Source: Bacteroidota bacterium | GTDB lineage: Bacteria; Bacteroidota; Bacteroidia; Chitinophagales; Chitinophagaceae | Assembly: GCA_026391125.1 (NCBI GenBank) | Contig: JAPLEO010000110.1 | Coordinates: forward strand, 7 to 64,006 | Length of the DNA stretch: 64,000 bases | Direction of reading: 5' to 3' | Part shown: positions 28,751 through 39,556 of the stretch, in pieces | Layout: every line of letters starts with the position of its first letter | Numbering within the stretch: the first letter of the stretch is position 1 | The notes under the pieces: generated by a model | The model's input: only the letters and a program-made list of their open reading frames with translations | Told to the model about the DNA's origin: nothing | Database searches by the model: none | Made by a program: the position numbers and the translations under genes

Positions 28751-29317
28751 ATGAAAAAGGCAATTGGTTCACTCTTGGTAATCCTCGGATTTGCATTCAA
28801 CTTCGTTCAAGCACAAGCTCCTGCAGGTTATGAAAAAGGAAGTATTGTACATGCTAATAACAGTAAAGAAGATGGTTTTGTAAAAGAGGCATTAGGTTCT
28901 AAAGGAAATATCAGTTTTGTTTCAGCAAGTGGTTCTAAAAAGACCTACACCGTTGCTGATTTAAACGGGTTTAGCTTTAAATCAGACATTTATATTGCGT
29001 ATTCGAACGATTTCTATAAAACTATCGCAATTGGTTCTAAAGCATCTCTGTATCAGAAGCAATCAAACAATTCAGGCAAGCTATTATACAATGGCACAGA
29101 ATCTTATACTGCATCAACTACAGAAGGTGCTATTGGGGATTATTATGTTCAATTAAATAACAGTGATGACTTAGTATTGGTGAATGCTAAAAACTTTGAA
29201 ACTGCAACCAGCAAATTATTTGCTAATTGCAGTATCGTTCTTTCAGATATAAAGTCTAAACAATTAGATTTTTCTCAGCTTTCTAAAGCGATAGAGAAAT
29301 ATAATAACTGCAAATAA
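28751..29317 (+). CDS. Secreted hypothetical protein
   Basis: Signal peptide (LVILGFAFNFVQAQA). No recognised domain. Confidence 0.6.
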   Translation: MKKAIGSLLVILGFAFNFVQAQAPAGYEKGSIVHANNSKEDGFVKEALGSKGNISFVSASGSKKTYTVADLNGFSFKSDIYIAYSNDFYKTIAIGSKASLYQKQSNNSGKLLYNGTESYTASTTEGAIGDYYVQLNNSDDLVLVNAKNFETATSKLFANCSIVLSDIKSKQLDFSQLSKAIEKYNNCK

Positions 29318-29342
29318 TTATCTATTTTATCTATACTTATGA

Positions 29343-29369
29343 AAGCCTCCAGCAATGGAGGCTTTTTTT
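29343..29369. terminator. Bidirectional rho-independent terminator
   Basis: aagcctcc-agcaat-ggaggctt followed by a T7 run. It overlaps the stop codon of the convergent minus-strand gene. Confidence 0.75.
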
Positions 29370-30147
29370 ATAAATCAGAATAAGCTGTTGCGTGCATTAG
29401 AATAATATCAGCATGAGAAACAGTATTCAAATACTTTGGCATCGCAGATAAGGTTTTCCATTCTGGGTCTGCTGAAAATATTTTCCATTTAGCATCTCTC
29501 TCTGCCTGATTATTAAAACTAGTCATATAAACCAAGTTGGGCATCTGTGCTCCTGAAAGAACTGAGCCATAAAATACTGCGTTGAATTGAAGTCGCTCAA
29601 AAAGTGCTACCTCACCACCTGCATTAAACATATCTACTTTAGACCTGTAAAGTTTTTCAGATGCTCCTTCATAACTTCTGAACTCATAAATTTTTTCTTC
29701 AACCGATCCAGTTAAATTGGGTACTGCAAATTCTGGCATTTGTTCAAATGCTTTGATCAACATACTTTCCTTTCTCTGAAATGCTGGTTGTTTATATGCT
29801 GTATTCAAGTAGCTAGCTCCATTTTTTTCATGATCTGCATCAGCCCAAATTGCATTATCAATTTTTTCGATCTGATCAATAGATTTCATAGGAATAAAAA
29901 CGTAGATCTTTTTATCTGCGGCAGTATCATTGGCCAATGGTTTAAATACCCCAACTTTTTTCATACCTGCTTTATGAAGTGCAGGTAAGTAAGCAGATTC
30001 TAAATATTGATCAACAGATTTTATTTGTGTATCATTTTTTAAATGATATACAATGATTTGATAATAGATCAGTTTGGGCTTACTGTTAAATGCATTTGCA
30101 TTAGATAAAATGAACATGCATACAATTACGTAGAGGGCTTTTTTCAT
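29368..30147 (-). CDS. NIPSNAP family protein (secreted, tandem NIPSNAP-like halves)
   Basis: Signal peptide. YQIIVYHLKN...YLPALHKAGMKKVGVF and IYEFRSYE...FNAGGEVALFERL patterns. The start was set to MKKALYV. Confidence 0.65.
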   Translation of the reverse strand: MKKALYVIVCMFILSNANAFNSKPKLIYYQIIVYHLKNDTQIKSVDQYLESAYLPALHKAGMKKVGVFKPLANDTAADKKIYVFIPMKSIDQIEKIDNAIWADADHEKNGASYLNTAYKQPAFQRKESMLIKAFEQMPEFAVPNLTGSVEEKIYEFRSYEGASEKLYRSKVDMFNAGGEVALFERLQFNAVFYGSVLSGAQMPNLVYMTSFNNQAERDAKWKIFSADPEWKTLSAMPKYLNTVSHADIILMHATAYSDL

Positions 30148-30394
30148 ATCGAAGTGCAAAGCAGGATTTAATTATTAATGCTTTGTTAAATGAAGTTAAT
30201 TGAAATTATTTATTTAAAGAAGAAGCTGCGATACTGATTTGTATTGCCTCTATAATAATGGGAAAAATGTTTATAAGTTAAAAAGAGGCTTTAACAAGGC
30301 TTTAGTAAACACTTGGTACAAACATTGCATCTAAGGATTAGAACAAACATTATTAATATATATGCCCCACTTATACGCTAAACCAATTATGATC

Positions 30395-31270
30395 ATGAAA
30401 ACTAGAAACATCCTTTCTTTCGCCTCAATGATGGCAATCGCAGTAGTAATATTTGCAACATCATGTAACAGAAGTACCTCAGCAGTGCAACCTCAAGGGC
30501 AACAATCGCTGGCATTGTATTTAACAGATGGACCAGGTCTATTCGACAAAGTATTGATCGATATCAAATCTATCAAAGTATTAGTTGATACTTCAACTGA
30601 TACTAGACGTCACGATACATGTGACTGGGATAGAAGAGGGATTGATGATCGTAAGAAAGATTCTTCTTTTGTGTGGCATGACCTAGGTATCAAAGCTGGT
30701 ATTTATGATTTGCTGCAATTACGTAATGGAACAGACACTTTATTAGCCGATGCTAATATTTCAAAAGGTTCCATCCGTCTGATTAAAATTGAAATTGGAA
30801 CAAACAATTCTTTGGTAAAAGACAGTATCACTTATCCTATCAGTTTACCTGCTGGAGCACCAAATTATGTATTGATCAAAACAGAAGGACATGAATACGA
30901 AGAATACCTTCCTGGTAGAAATCGTTTGTGGCTTGATTTTGACGTAACTCGTTCCATCATTCAATCAGGTAACGGAGCATTTTATTTACGCCCTGTATTC
31001 CATTTCTTTACTAAAAGAACTTCTGCAAGCCTTGTTGGGAAAATCACCCCACAAAGAGATGCAAAATCAGTACTAACAATATATAATTCAACTGATACTG
31101 CCTATGCATTGCCAACACCAGATGGTTACTTCGCAGTAAGAGGTTTAAAAGATGGTACTTATAGTGTGTTTATAAATGCAACTAGTCCGTATATAGATTC
31201 CACCATTAGCAATGTAGTTATTAAAGCACCGAAAGAAACATCGATCGGAGTAATTACGCTTAGAAAGTAG
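30395..31270 (+). CDS. DUF4382-like lipoprotein
   Basis: Lipobox (FATSC). LALYLTDGPG...IDIKSIKV pattern. C-terminal carboxypeptidase-regulatory-like beta-sandwich pattern (GYFAVRGLKDGTYSV). The start was set to MKTRNIL. Confidence 0.65.
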   Translation: MKTRNILSFASMMAIAVVIFATSCNRSTSAVQPQGQQSLALYLTDGPGLFDKVLIDIKSIKVLVDTSTDTRRHDTCDWDRRGIDDRKKDSSFVWHDLGIKAGIYDLLQLRNGTDTLLADANISKGSIRLIKIEIGTNNSLVKDSITYPISLPAGAPNYVLIKTEGHEYEEYLPGRNRLWLDFDVTRSIIQSGNGAFYLRPVFHFFTKRTSASLVGKITPQRDAKSVLTIYNSTDTAYALPTPDGYFAVRGLKDGTYSVFINATSPYIDSTISNVVIKAPKETSIGVITLRK

Positions 31271-31301
31271 CAGTTTTAGTTAGTTTAGATAGTTCAGTAA
31301 A

Positions 31302-31332
31302 AGGGGAAGAAGCAGAACTTCCCCTTTTTTTT
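31302..31332 (+). terminator. Rho-independent terminator
   Basis: aggggaag-aagcagaa-cttcccct followed by a T8 run. Confidence 0.75.
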
Positions 31333-31376
31333 ATGTCCGAACTTTTATATGCGCTTCATTGTTTGTACATTTCATT

Positions 31377-32441
31377 ATGGAAAACAATAAATTCTTGCTA
31401 TACGGAGCCAATGGCTATACTGGTAGGCTCATTGCTAAATTAGCAGCCTCTTATGGCCTCGTGCCCATTCTTGCTGGAAGAAAGATAGATCCAATTGTGG
31501 CATTAGCAAAAGAATTAGATCTCGATTATCGCATTTTTACTTTAAGGGATGCCAAGAAATTAGAAAATTCTCTTTTAGAGGTTCCTTTAGTGTTGCATGC
31601 TGCAGGACCATTTCAATTCACGTCCCGATTAATGATCGAAGCTTGTTTGAAAACAAACACGCATTACCTTGATATAACGGGAGAGATCAGTGTTTTTGAA
31701 CTAGCAAAATCATACGATGAAAAAGCAAAAGCAGCCGGACTGATGATTATGTCTGGAGTTGGTTTTGATGTGGTGCCAACAGATTGCATGGCAAAATATT
31801 TGAAAGAAAAATTACCTGATGCAACACATTTGAAATTAGCATTCGCTTCAATCGGTGGCGCTTTTTCTCACGGTACGGCCATGACGATGGCTGAAGGATT
31901 AGGCCAGGGAAGTGCTGCAAGAATCAATGGAAAGATCACACCTCAACCACTGGGCAAAAAAGGAATGTGGTTGGATTTTGGAATTAAAAAAATGTTTGTG
32001 ATGACGATCCCTTGGGGCGATGTTTCAACTGCCTATTTCACAACTGGGATTCCCAATATTGAAACCTATACAAAAGCATCTCCGAGAACTTTTAAATATT
32101 TGAAATGGCAATTTTTGTATAACTGGATCTTGCGCACTTCATTTGCAAAAGACTTTGTAAAAAATAAGATCAAACAAAAACCAGCCGGTCCTTCTGATGA
32201 AATGCGCGAGAAAGCAATGAGTTTGATCTGGGGAGAAGTTACCAATGGGTCAGGTAAAACAGTCGCCGCCAAAATGGAATGTCTAGAAGGTTATACCCTT
32301 ACTGCAATAAGTAGTTTAATAATTTGCCATAAAGTGTTAAGTAATAATTTTAAAATTGGCTATCAAACGCCGGCGGCAGTTTACGGAGCAGACTTAGTTT
32401 TGGAAATTCCTGGTACCACAAGAGAAGATATTACAAATTAG
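31377..32441 (+). CDS. Saccharopine dehydrogenase-like NAD(P)-binding protein
   Basis: Rossmann motif LLYGANGYTGRL. The start was set to MENNKF. Confidence 0.8.
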   Translation: MENNKFLLYGANGYTGRLIAKLAASYGLVPILAGRKIDPIVALAKELDLDYRIFTLRDAKKLENSLLEVPLVLHAAGPFQFTSRLMIEACLKTNTHYLDITGEISVFELAKSYDEKAKAAGLMIMSGVGFDVVPTDCMAKYLKEKLPDATHLKLAFASIGGAFSHGTAMTMAEGLGQGSAARINGKITPQPLGKKGMWLDFGIKKMFVMTIPWGDVSTAYFTTGIPNIETYTKASPRTFKYLKWQFLYNWILRTSFAKDFVKNKIKQKPAGPSDEMREKAMSLIWGEVTNGSGKTVAAKMECLEGYTLTAISSLIICHKVLSNNFKIGYQTPAAVYGADLVLEIPGTTREDITN

Positions 32442-32545
32442 AATTGTTGCTTTAAGCAGATTTTAAGAACCGTTATATTGCTTGTTGGTGAAGGGTTCCA
32501 TTTTTTTAATGCAACTTTGAGCCTTACCCATATTAAATCACATAC

Positions 32546-33787
32546 ATGGCGCAGAACCGCAAAGCCGCTATTGGCTTTATTTTTATTACTTTATTGATTG
32601 ATGTTACAGGTTTAGGGGTAATCATTCCGGTAATGCCTAAATTAATCGAACAGCTATTGCATACCACGGATGTTAGTACAGCATCTCAATATGGTGGATG
32701 GCTCACATTTGCCTATGCATTTATGCAATTTATTTTCGCACCTATTCTTGGTAACCTGAGTGATAAATACGGTCGTAGACCAGTGCTACTTTTTTCACTA
32801 TTTGGTTTTGGGATTGATTATCTATTTCTCTCATTTGCACCAAGTATTTGGTGGTTGTTTGTAGGTAGAATCATTGCTGGTATCACTGGTGCAAGTTTCA
32901 CAACGGCTTCTGCCTATATTGCTGATATCAGTACCCCAGAAAATAGAGCACAGAATTTTGGAATGATTGGTGCTGCATTTGGACTTGGATTTATTCTCGG
33001 ACCAATGATCGGTGGTTTGTTGGGTGAGTATGGTGCAAGAATTCCATTTTTTGTGGCAGCTGGATTAGCTTTAACCAACTGGCTCTATGGATATTTTGTG
33101 CTACCAGAATCTTTAGATAAGGAACACCGTAGAGAATTTGAATGGAGAAGGGCTAATCCTTTTGGATCTTTAAAACAACTTAAAAAATATCCGGCAGTAA
33201 GTGGATTGATCATTTCTTTAATGCTGATCTATATCGCTGCTCATGCTGTTCAAAGCAATTGGAGTTTCTCCAATATCGAAAAATTTCATTGGACACCAAA
33301 AATCATTGGAATTTCTCTCGGACTAGTGGGACTTTTAGTAGGAGCTGTTCAAGGGGGGCTCATCCGATTTATCAATCCGATATTAGGTAACGAAAAAAGT
33401 GTGTATGTTGGATTAGGTTTATATGCACTCGGATTATTTTTGTTTGCATTTGCAACTCAAAGTTGGATGATGTTTGTTTTCCTGATCCCATATTGTTTAG
33501 GGGGGATCGCAGGTCCGGCTTTACAATCCATTATTTCAGGACACGTGCCCCGCAATGAACAAGGTGAATTGCAAGGTGCATTAACTAGTTTGATGAGCGT
33601 TACATCGATCATAGGGCCTCCATTAATGACCACTTCATTTGCATACTTTACTGGTCCGAATAAACCCTTTTATTTTCCAGGAGTATCATTTTTAATTGGA
33701 GCAATTCTAATGTTGATTGCAGCAATATTAGCGTATCGTGTATTAAAAAGCGAGAAGGAGCATGGTTTTGCACCTGTTAGTGAGTAG
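32546..33787 (+). CDS. MFS efflux transporter, TetA/TCR-like
   Basis: 12 TM helices. Motif A: [14 protein letters not shown]. Confidence 0.85.
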   Translation: MAQNRKAAIGFIFITLLIDVTGLGVIIPVMPKLIEQLLHTTDVSTASQYGGWLTFAYAFMQFIFAPILGNLSDKYGRRPVLLFSLFGFGIDYLFLSFAPSIWWLFVGRIIAGITGASFTTASAYIADISTPENRAQNFGMIGAAFGLGFILGPMIGGLLGEYGARIPFFVAAGLALTNWLYGYFVLPESLDKEHRREFEWRRANPFGSLKQLKKYPAVSGLIISLMLIYIAAHAVQSNWSFSNIEKFHWTPKIIGISLGLVGLLVGAVQGGLIRFINPILGNEKSVYVGLGLYALGLFLFAFATQSWMMFVFLIPYCLGGIAGPALQSIISGHVPRNEQGELQGALTSLMSVTSIIGPPLMTTSFAYFTGPNKPFYFPGVSFLIGAILMLIAAILAYRVLKSEKEHGFAPVSE

Positions 33788-33788
33788 C

Positions 33789-34310
33789 TTATTTGTCTTC
33801 AACTTCCACGATCATTTCAATTTCAACTGATATATTCATGGGTAATGAATACATGCCAACGGCCGACCTGGCGTGTCTTCCTTTTTCACCAAATACAGCG
33901 ACCATTAAATCAGAGAATCCATTGATGACCTTGGGTTGCTCATAAAAATTTTCTGTACAATTCACCATCCCGAAAACTTTTACGATCCTTTTTACTTTGC
34001 TTAAATCGCCGATGGCATCTTTAAGTGTAGCGATCAAATTGATGCCGGTTAATTTTGCTGCGGAAGCACCTTCTTCAACAGTCAGTTCACGGCCCAGTTT
34101 CCCAGTGATAAAAGTTCCATCAGGTTTTGCTGGCCCTTGTCCGGATAAATAGATAAGGTTTCCAGTTCTTACAAATTTTACATAATTATACAAAGGGGAA
34201 ACAGGCTTAGGTAAAACTATCCCAAGTGCTTGCAGATTTTGATCAGGCGTCTGTGATTTTACAATTGAAATTGCAAAGAGTAAGAACGCAACTAGAAAAT
34301 ATTTTTTCAT
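33789..34310 (-). CDS. RidA (YjgF/UK114) family protein with signal peptide
   Basis: The start was set to MKKYFLVAFLL (ATG at 34310). C-terminal RSAVGMYSLPMNISVEIEMIVEV is typical of the RidA family. Confidence 0.8.
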   Translation of the reverse strand: MKKYFLVAFLLFAISIVKSQTPDQNLQALGIVLPKPVSPLYNYVKFVRTGNLIYLSGQGPAKPDGTFITGKLGRELTVEEGASAAKLTGINLIATLKDAIGDLSKVKRIVKVFGMVNCTENFYEQPKVINGFSDLMVAVFGEKGRHARSAVGMYSLPMNISVEIEMIVEVEDK

Positions 34311-34311
34311 A

Positions 34312-34920
34312 TTAGGATTGTTTTTTTCTAAATACGATTTTTTGTTTGGATAAGAAATATCGGTATCGATAAAAACCCGCCACCACAATTACAATCAAAC
34401 AGATCTCAGAAAAGAACTTTTCAGGATCAATAAAATCTGTTGCTCTGTCTTTTAAAAGTGGATCCATGAATAAACCATGAACTAAAAATAATAAGGCTGT
34501 TGCATAAGATATCAAATGAATGTTTTTCCAAGTTCTAAATCCTAATTTTTTCTTGACGATCTTTTGTGAACTGATGATGACAACAAGAATTGCAAAAAAG
34601 GAAATTACGCCTAGTAAAACTATCCAAGGTTGTTTAGGTGCAGTTAATGGTTTAATAATATGCTTCCATTCAAATCCAGATTCTTTGTCCATGAATAAAA
34701 GACAGGGATGCATAAATGCAAAAAAAAGCGCTAGATAGGCCGTCCAATTATGGATTCTTTCGATAGGAGCAGTTCTGATTTTTTCTGGAAGCCTTTTCCA
34801 AAATGGTTGTGCTTTATAGCCTGTACTTAAAAGTATGCCCAACAAAAAATTAACACAGAGTAAACCGGTGGCACATAAGCCCAGGCTTCCTGAAATATCT
34901 AAATAGGTTAATCCAAACAT
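34312..34920 (-). CDS. Ferric reductase-like transmembrane domain protein (YedZ/MsrQ-like)
   Basis: Six TM helices with conserved His residues (IHNWTAY, FMHP, FLVHG). Its stop lies 1 nt from the RidA start. Confidence 0.65.
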   Translation of the reverse strand: MFGLTYLDISGSLGLCATGLLCVNFLLGILLSTGYKAQPFWKRLPEKIRTAPIERIHNWTAYLALFFAFMHPCLLFMDKESGFEWKHIIKPLTAPKQPWIVLLGVISFFAILVVIISSQKIVKKKLGFRTWKNIHLISYATALLFLVHGLFMDPLLKDRATDFIDPEKFFSEICLIVIVVAGFYRYRYFLSKQKIVFRKKQS

Positions 34921-35122
34921 AGATGATGAAGATACAGAAAACCAGTTTTTAAAAAAATCAAATAGCTGATAGAATCTTCGAAATTGAAACTAATATCAAA
35001 TGTTAAATTCAATGTTAACCCATTGACTACTAGGTAGTTTTAACTTTAAACGTACATTTATTAGGCTGGAAGTCATTTAAAGGCTACTTTTGCATTTCAT
35101 TATTTATTTTACAAATTTTACA

Positions 35123-35326
35123 ATGGACACAAAAATTCAAGGAACTGTAAAGTTCTTTAACGAAGAAAAAGGATTCGGCTTTATTAAGCACGACAATTCT
35201 AACAAAGAAACTTTCGTACATGCAAACGGTTTGATCGATCAGATCGAAGCTAATGACAAAGTTGAGTTTGATGTACAAGAAGGACGTAAAGGCCTTAACG
35301 CCGTTAACGTTAAACGTATTAGCTAA
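35123..35326 (+). CDS. Cold-shock protein (CspA family)
   Basis: GTVKFFNEEKGFGFI (RNP1) and FVHANG (RNP2-like). 67 aa from the internal ATG at 35123. Confidence 0.95.
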   Translation: MDTKIQGTVKFFNEEKGFGFIKHDNSNKETFVHANGLIDQIEANDKVEFDVQEGRKGLNAVNVKRIS

Positions 35327-35345
35327 TACTAACTTTCTTTACTAT

Positions 35346-35376
35346 AAGGCCATTCTTCACTGGATGGCCTTTTTTT
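35346..35376 (+). terminator. Rho-independent terminator of the cold-shock gene
   Basis: aaggccat-tcttcactgg-atggcctt followed by a T run. Confidence 0.7.
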
Positions 35377-35428
35377 GTACCCAAGACACAGGGAATTTCT
35401 ATATTTGCCAGATTAATAAGTTCAAGAT

Positions 35429-36250
35429 ATGTCAGCATTGATGCAAGAATTGAAGGAAACGGTAGCATTCATACAAAGTCGTTATTCAAAGGAAATAAAA
35501 ATAGGTATCATATTGGGAAGTGGACTAGGGAATCTAGCCAATGATATTGAGTCGGAATTGGAAATTCCCTATCATGAAATTCCAAACTTTCCTCTAAGTA
35601 CTGTAAAGGGTCATAAAGGTCGTTTGATCTTTGGAAAACTAAATGGTAAGAATGTTTTAGTAATGGCTGGACGTTTTCATTTTTATGAAGGCTATTCTGC
35701 TAAGCAGGTAACATTCCCTATTCGTGTGATGCGTTTATTAGGAGTTACCACACTTTTATTATCAAATGCTGCAGGTGGCGTTCAAGACAAAATGGAAGTG
35801 GGTGATCTGATGATTATCAACGATCATATAAGTTTGTTTCAACCAAATCCACTGATTGGTCCGAATGAAGAAGAACTTGGTACTCGCTTCCCAGACATGA
35901 GCGAACCTTATAGCAAAGAACTGATTCAAAAAGCAGAAGCTATTGCAAGGGCTAATAATATCGATTTGAAATTGGGTGTGTATTGTGGTGTAACTGGTCC
36001 AACTTTCGAAACAAGAGCAGAATACAAATTGATCCATACTTTAGGTGGTGATGCAGTAGGCATGAGTACTGTACAAGAAACCATTGTAGCTAAACATAGT
36101 GGGATGCAAGTATTTGCAATAAGTGTTATTACCGATATCGGCATCAGAGAAGATGAGAATACTATTACCCATGAAGAAGTTTTGCAAGCAGCAAAAGATG
36201 CAGAACCAAAATTGACATTGCTTTTCGGAGGATTGGTTGCAGATCTTTAA
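35429..36250 (+). CDS. Purine nucleoside phosphorylase (PNP/MTAP family, trimeric type)
   Basis: ILGSGLG, GRFHFYEGY, NAAGG and GMSTVQE motifs. Confidence 0.9.
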   Translation: MSALMQELKETVAFIQSRYSKEIKIGIILGSGLGNLANDIESELEIPYHEIPNFPLSTVKGHKGRLIFGKLNGKNVLVMAGRFHFYEGYSAKQVTFPIRVMRLLGVTTLLLSNAAGGVQDKMEVGDLMIINDHISLFQPNPLIGPNEEELGTRFPDMSEPYSKELIQKAEAIARANNIDLKLGVYCGVTGPTFETRAEYKLIHTLGGDAVGMSTVQETIVAKHSGMQVFAISVITDIGIREDENTITHEEVLQAAKDAEPKLTLLFGGLVADL

Positions 36251-36276
36251 TAACAAAAAATACTAGATTTAGGCGA

Positions 36277-38328
36277 ATGCAAATAAAGGGATTATACCGC
36301 TTTTTAGGATTAACCATTTTGATGGTAGTAATGGCGCTTCCTGTATTTGCACAAATGCCCCGTACTTTAAATACCAATAGTTTTTCAAGTGGGAATAGCT
36401 TTGGTAATGCATCCGGTAAAACCAACGATAAAAAGAGAGATTCTTTGCAGCACCGTGATCCCTTTGCAGATTCATTGACCATTTATTATCGCTATTTTGA
36501 TTCTACTAGAAATAGAAGAATTGATTCTTCGATCAATGATTATTATAGTAGGCTGCCCATGGGCCCATCTTACCACACTTTAGGAACGTATGGGGCGCCA
36601 GCGCAATCTTATTTTTTCAACCCTGTGATGAAAGCAGGATGGGACCCAGGCTTGCACCAATTCGATACTTATAACTTTACTACAGAAAATACGAAGTTTT
36701 TTCAAACCACTAAACCCTATTCTGAATTAGCCTATTTATTGGGCAGTAAAGCAGAACAGTTAGTGAGTATTTTATTGACACAAAACAAAAAAAGTAATTT
36801 CAATTATTCCTTCGAATATATTTTTAGTAGTACCCCCGGCTTTTTGAAAACACAGAATAATAGCCATAATAATTTTAGAATAACAACTCACTATTTGAGT
36901 AAAAACAAACACTACGAATCATTCTTTATATTTATTTCAAATAAAACAGCTGCTTCAGAAAATGGAGGCTTAAGAGATGCTACAAAATTAGATAGTCTCT
37001 CATCCTCATTGAATGATCCCTATAGTTTGGAAACAAGATTAGGTAGAGCGGGTGCTGCAAGTAGAAACCCTTTTAATACATCAGTAAGTACTGGTAATAC
37101 TTATACTAGTTCCAGCTTTCTGTACAAGCATCATTACGATCTAGGACAAAAAGATTCTACTGTTACTGATTCTACTGTGTATCACTTTTTTTATCCAAGA
37201 TTTAGGATCGAACATACTTTTAAGTACGCTAGCAGTAGTTATTCCTTTTCAGATATAGCAGCTGATTCCTTAAGCTATCGAACTTATTTTAATTATAAGA
37301 TTCCTTACAATGCGAATGGGGATACTGTTAGTTATAAAGACAAATGGACTGAGATCAACAATGAATTTAGTTTGATCTCTTTCCCGGAAAAAAATAATCA
37401 AAGTCAGTTTTTTAAGGCGGGTATTGCCTTGCAAAATCTGATCGGTGTTTTTGATACACTCACGGGCAAGCACAATTTCTATAATGTATATGGTTTAGCA
37501 GAATATCGTAACCGTACAAGAAATCAGAAATGGGATATTGAGGCTGCAGGCCAATTGTATTTGAATGGTTTGAATTCGGGCGATTATGCTGCAATCATTA
37601 GTATGAAGCGGCAATTAGGGTCAACGATCGGTTCATTAAAAATTGGATTTCAAAACGTCAACAAATCCCCCGTATTTATTTTAAACCCATTGAGTAGTTT
37701 TCCTGTACAAAATAGATCAAGTTATAGCAAAGAAAACATCATTCGCTTTTTCTTGCAATATGATATTCCGAAAGTGGGTTGGAAACTCAACGCAGAATAT
37801 TTTGCAGTGAACAATTATATCTATTATGATAGTTTTCTTACTGCAAAACAAGACCCAACCTTATTCAATGTTTTGCACATCAGTGCTGAAAAGAAATTCA
37901 AATTGGCCAAACATTGGAATTGGTATTTTGATGGACACTTGCAGCAAACAACAGGGGCACCGCCTGTAAATATTCCGTTCTTGTACACCAGAAATAGAAT
38001 TGCTTTTGAAGGAAATTTCTTTGCCAATTTATTTATCTCAACAGGCTTTGAAATTCGTTATCAAACTCCGTTTAAAGCATCTAACTATTCACCATTCCTG
38101 GGGCAATTCATGTATCAGAATTCTTATTCAGTAAGTAACCGACCTGATATTGCAGCCTTCCTAAATTTCAGGATCAAAAGTTTCAAGGCTTTTTTCAGAC
38201 TAGAAAATTTAAATACACTGAGTGTGCAGAATGGATTTCAATTCGACCATAGAAACTTTGCCGCTGAACAATATCCTTATGCTGGATTGTGGGTTCGCTT
38301 TGGTGTGTGGTGGAATTTCGTAAACTAA
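36277..38328 (+). CDS. Putative outer-membrane beta-barrel protein (porin-like)
   Basis: Signal peptide. Alternating aromatic/polar composition throughout. Aromatic-rich C-terminus (FGVWWNFVN). Confidence 0.55.
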   Translation: MQIKGLYRFLGLTILMVVMALPVFAQMPRTLNTNSFSSGNSFGNASGKTNDKKRDSLQHRDPFADSLTIYYRYFDSTRNRRIDSSINDYYSRLPMGPSYHTLGTYGAPAQSYFFNPVMKAGWDPGLHQFDTYNFTTENTKFFQTTKPYSELAYLLGSKAEQLVSILLTQNKKSNFNYSFEYIFSSTPGFLKTQNNSHNNFRITTHYLSKNKHYESFFIFISNKTAASENGGLRDATKLDSLSSSLNDPYSLETRLGRAGAASRNPFNTSVSTGNTYTSSSFLYKHHYDLGQKDSTVTDSTVYHFFYPRFRIEHTFKYASSSYSFSDIAADSLSYRTYFNYKIPYNANGDTVSYKDKWTEINNEFSLISFPEKNNQSQFFKAGIALQNLIGVFDTLTGKHNFYNVYGLAEYRNRTRNQKWDIEAAGQLYLNGLNSGDYAAIISMKRQLGSTIGSLKIGFQNVNKSPVFILNPLSSFPVQNRSSYSKENIIRFFLQYDIPKVGWKLNAEYFAVNNYIYYDSFLTAKQDPTLFNVLHISAEKKFKLAKHWNWYFDGHLQQTTGAPPVNIPFLYTRNRIAFEGNFFANLFISTGFEIRYQTPFKASNYSPFLGQFMYQNSYSVSNRPDIAAFLNFRIKSFKAFFRLENLNTLSVQNGFQFDHRNFAAEQYPYAGLWVRFGVWWNFVN

Positions 38329-39524
38329 TCTTTCTCGAAATAACAAAGGCTTCCGCCAACCCATTCCTTGTCTTTATTGTAACGTACACCAATCATTTTT
38401 CCTTTGCTTAAGCGCGCTAAGTTATTGGTAGCAACTGGTCTAGCTTCTCCATCTTTCCAGAAATAAAAAATTCTGATCTCAGCTTTTGCAGGAATGTCAG
38501 GTGTGATAATCACATCTGCATATTTTACTTTGCGTTGCAGGATCCAATTCTCAGGGTCTGCAATTTTTTCAATGTCTGCTAGGGTTAGATCAATTACTAC
38601 ACCTTGTCCAGCAAAGGAGAAGAGCGGCTTTAATACATAGTTCTCTAGGTCGGCAGGAATTTCTGCTATATCGTTTAAGAATTTTGTATAGGGTACATAA
38701 GGATGCTCAATAAAAGGCAATGTGTGTTTGCTGATCCGATAGAACCAATTTGGATGGGGTACCCATTCAACATTCAGGTCTTCTAAAAGTAGTTTCCCTT
38801 TTTCTTGGATCTCGGGTGACTGCTGTTGCAGGTCATCAAAAATGATTCTGTTATAAATCCGTTTGATGGCAATTTCTTTTCCATCTTTTAGGTAAAACAA
38901 ATCGCGACCTTTTTGTATTAATTCAGTTAAGCAAACAATTGGGATACCCACATAATCGCTGGTACAATAAAAATCAATTTTGGTCTTTTGTTGGTGTGGC
39001 AAGATTTCTAGTAAGATCACATTTTCAGGAGCATGATTTCCTAAAATAATTTCTTTCAATAATTGGGTATAAGAATCACTGTCGTATCCATTTAAAAAAG
39101 GGGAATAATTTTCAGGGATTTGAAAATGTTTGCGCGTTACTTGATCTTGAAATATTTGGTAGGCAAAAAGAGTAGGGAAACCCTGCATCTCAATTAACTG
39201 TGGTTCCAATTCTCCGTTTGCATTTTCGCAGATCCCGAAATCAAATGCAATGAAATGTGAGTGGTTGTTTTCGTTGGGCACATTTACATTTTCGGGGATC
39301 GCTTGATTGCTGATTGTTTTAAAATTAAACCCCGTAATGGTATCTACAATACTTTCGCAGGCATCTAATACTTTATGCTTAAATACTTTATCAATGAACA
39401 CAGGAGTCTCTGCAACCCTGAACTCCAATGCTCCTGGGTGTTTGCTTTCTAACTCCTTCAGATAAGCCTGATAAGTTTCTTGCGTAAATTTTTGATTAAA
39501 TGCTTTGCGTAAGGAAGGAACCAT
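38325..39524 (-). CDS. Conserved hypothetical protein, possibly ATP-grasp-like ligase
   Basis: 399 aa. The C-terminal half (YVLKPLFSFAGQGV ... WILQRKV ... EIRIFYF ... NLARLSKGK) resembles nucleotide-binding strands of ATP-grasp folds. Judged by eye only. Confidence 0.4.
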   Translation of the reverse strand: MVPSLRKAFNQKFTQETYQAYLKELESKHPGALEFRVAETPVFIDKVFKHKVLDACESIVDTITGFNFKTISNQAIPENVNVPNENNHSHFIAFDFGICENANGELEPQLIEMQGFPTLFAYQIFQDQVTRKHFQIPENYSPFLNGYDSDSYTQLLKEIILGNHAPENVILLEILPHQQKTKIDFYCTSDYVGIPIVCLTELIQKGRDLFYLKDGKEIAIKRIYNRIIFDDLQQQSPEIQEKGKLLLEDLNVEWVPHPNWFYRISKHTLPFIEHPYVPYTKFLNDIAEIPADLENYVLKPLFSFAGQGVVIDLTLADIEKIADPENWILQRKVKYADVIITPDIPAKAEIRIFYFWKDGEARPVATNNLARLSKGKMIGVRYNKDKEWVGGSLCYFEKD

Positions 39525-39556
39525 GGGTCATGATTTAATATCAACTAAGTTAAGAA

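Noticed and set aside
35084-35441. ORFs overlapping the cold-shock gene, and the N-terminal extension MHFIIYFTNFT of the csp ORF
   Set aside because: Csp-family proteins begin at the internal Met (MDTKIQGTVKFF). The other ORFs are antisense or read through the terminator.
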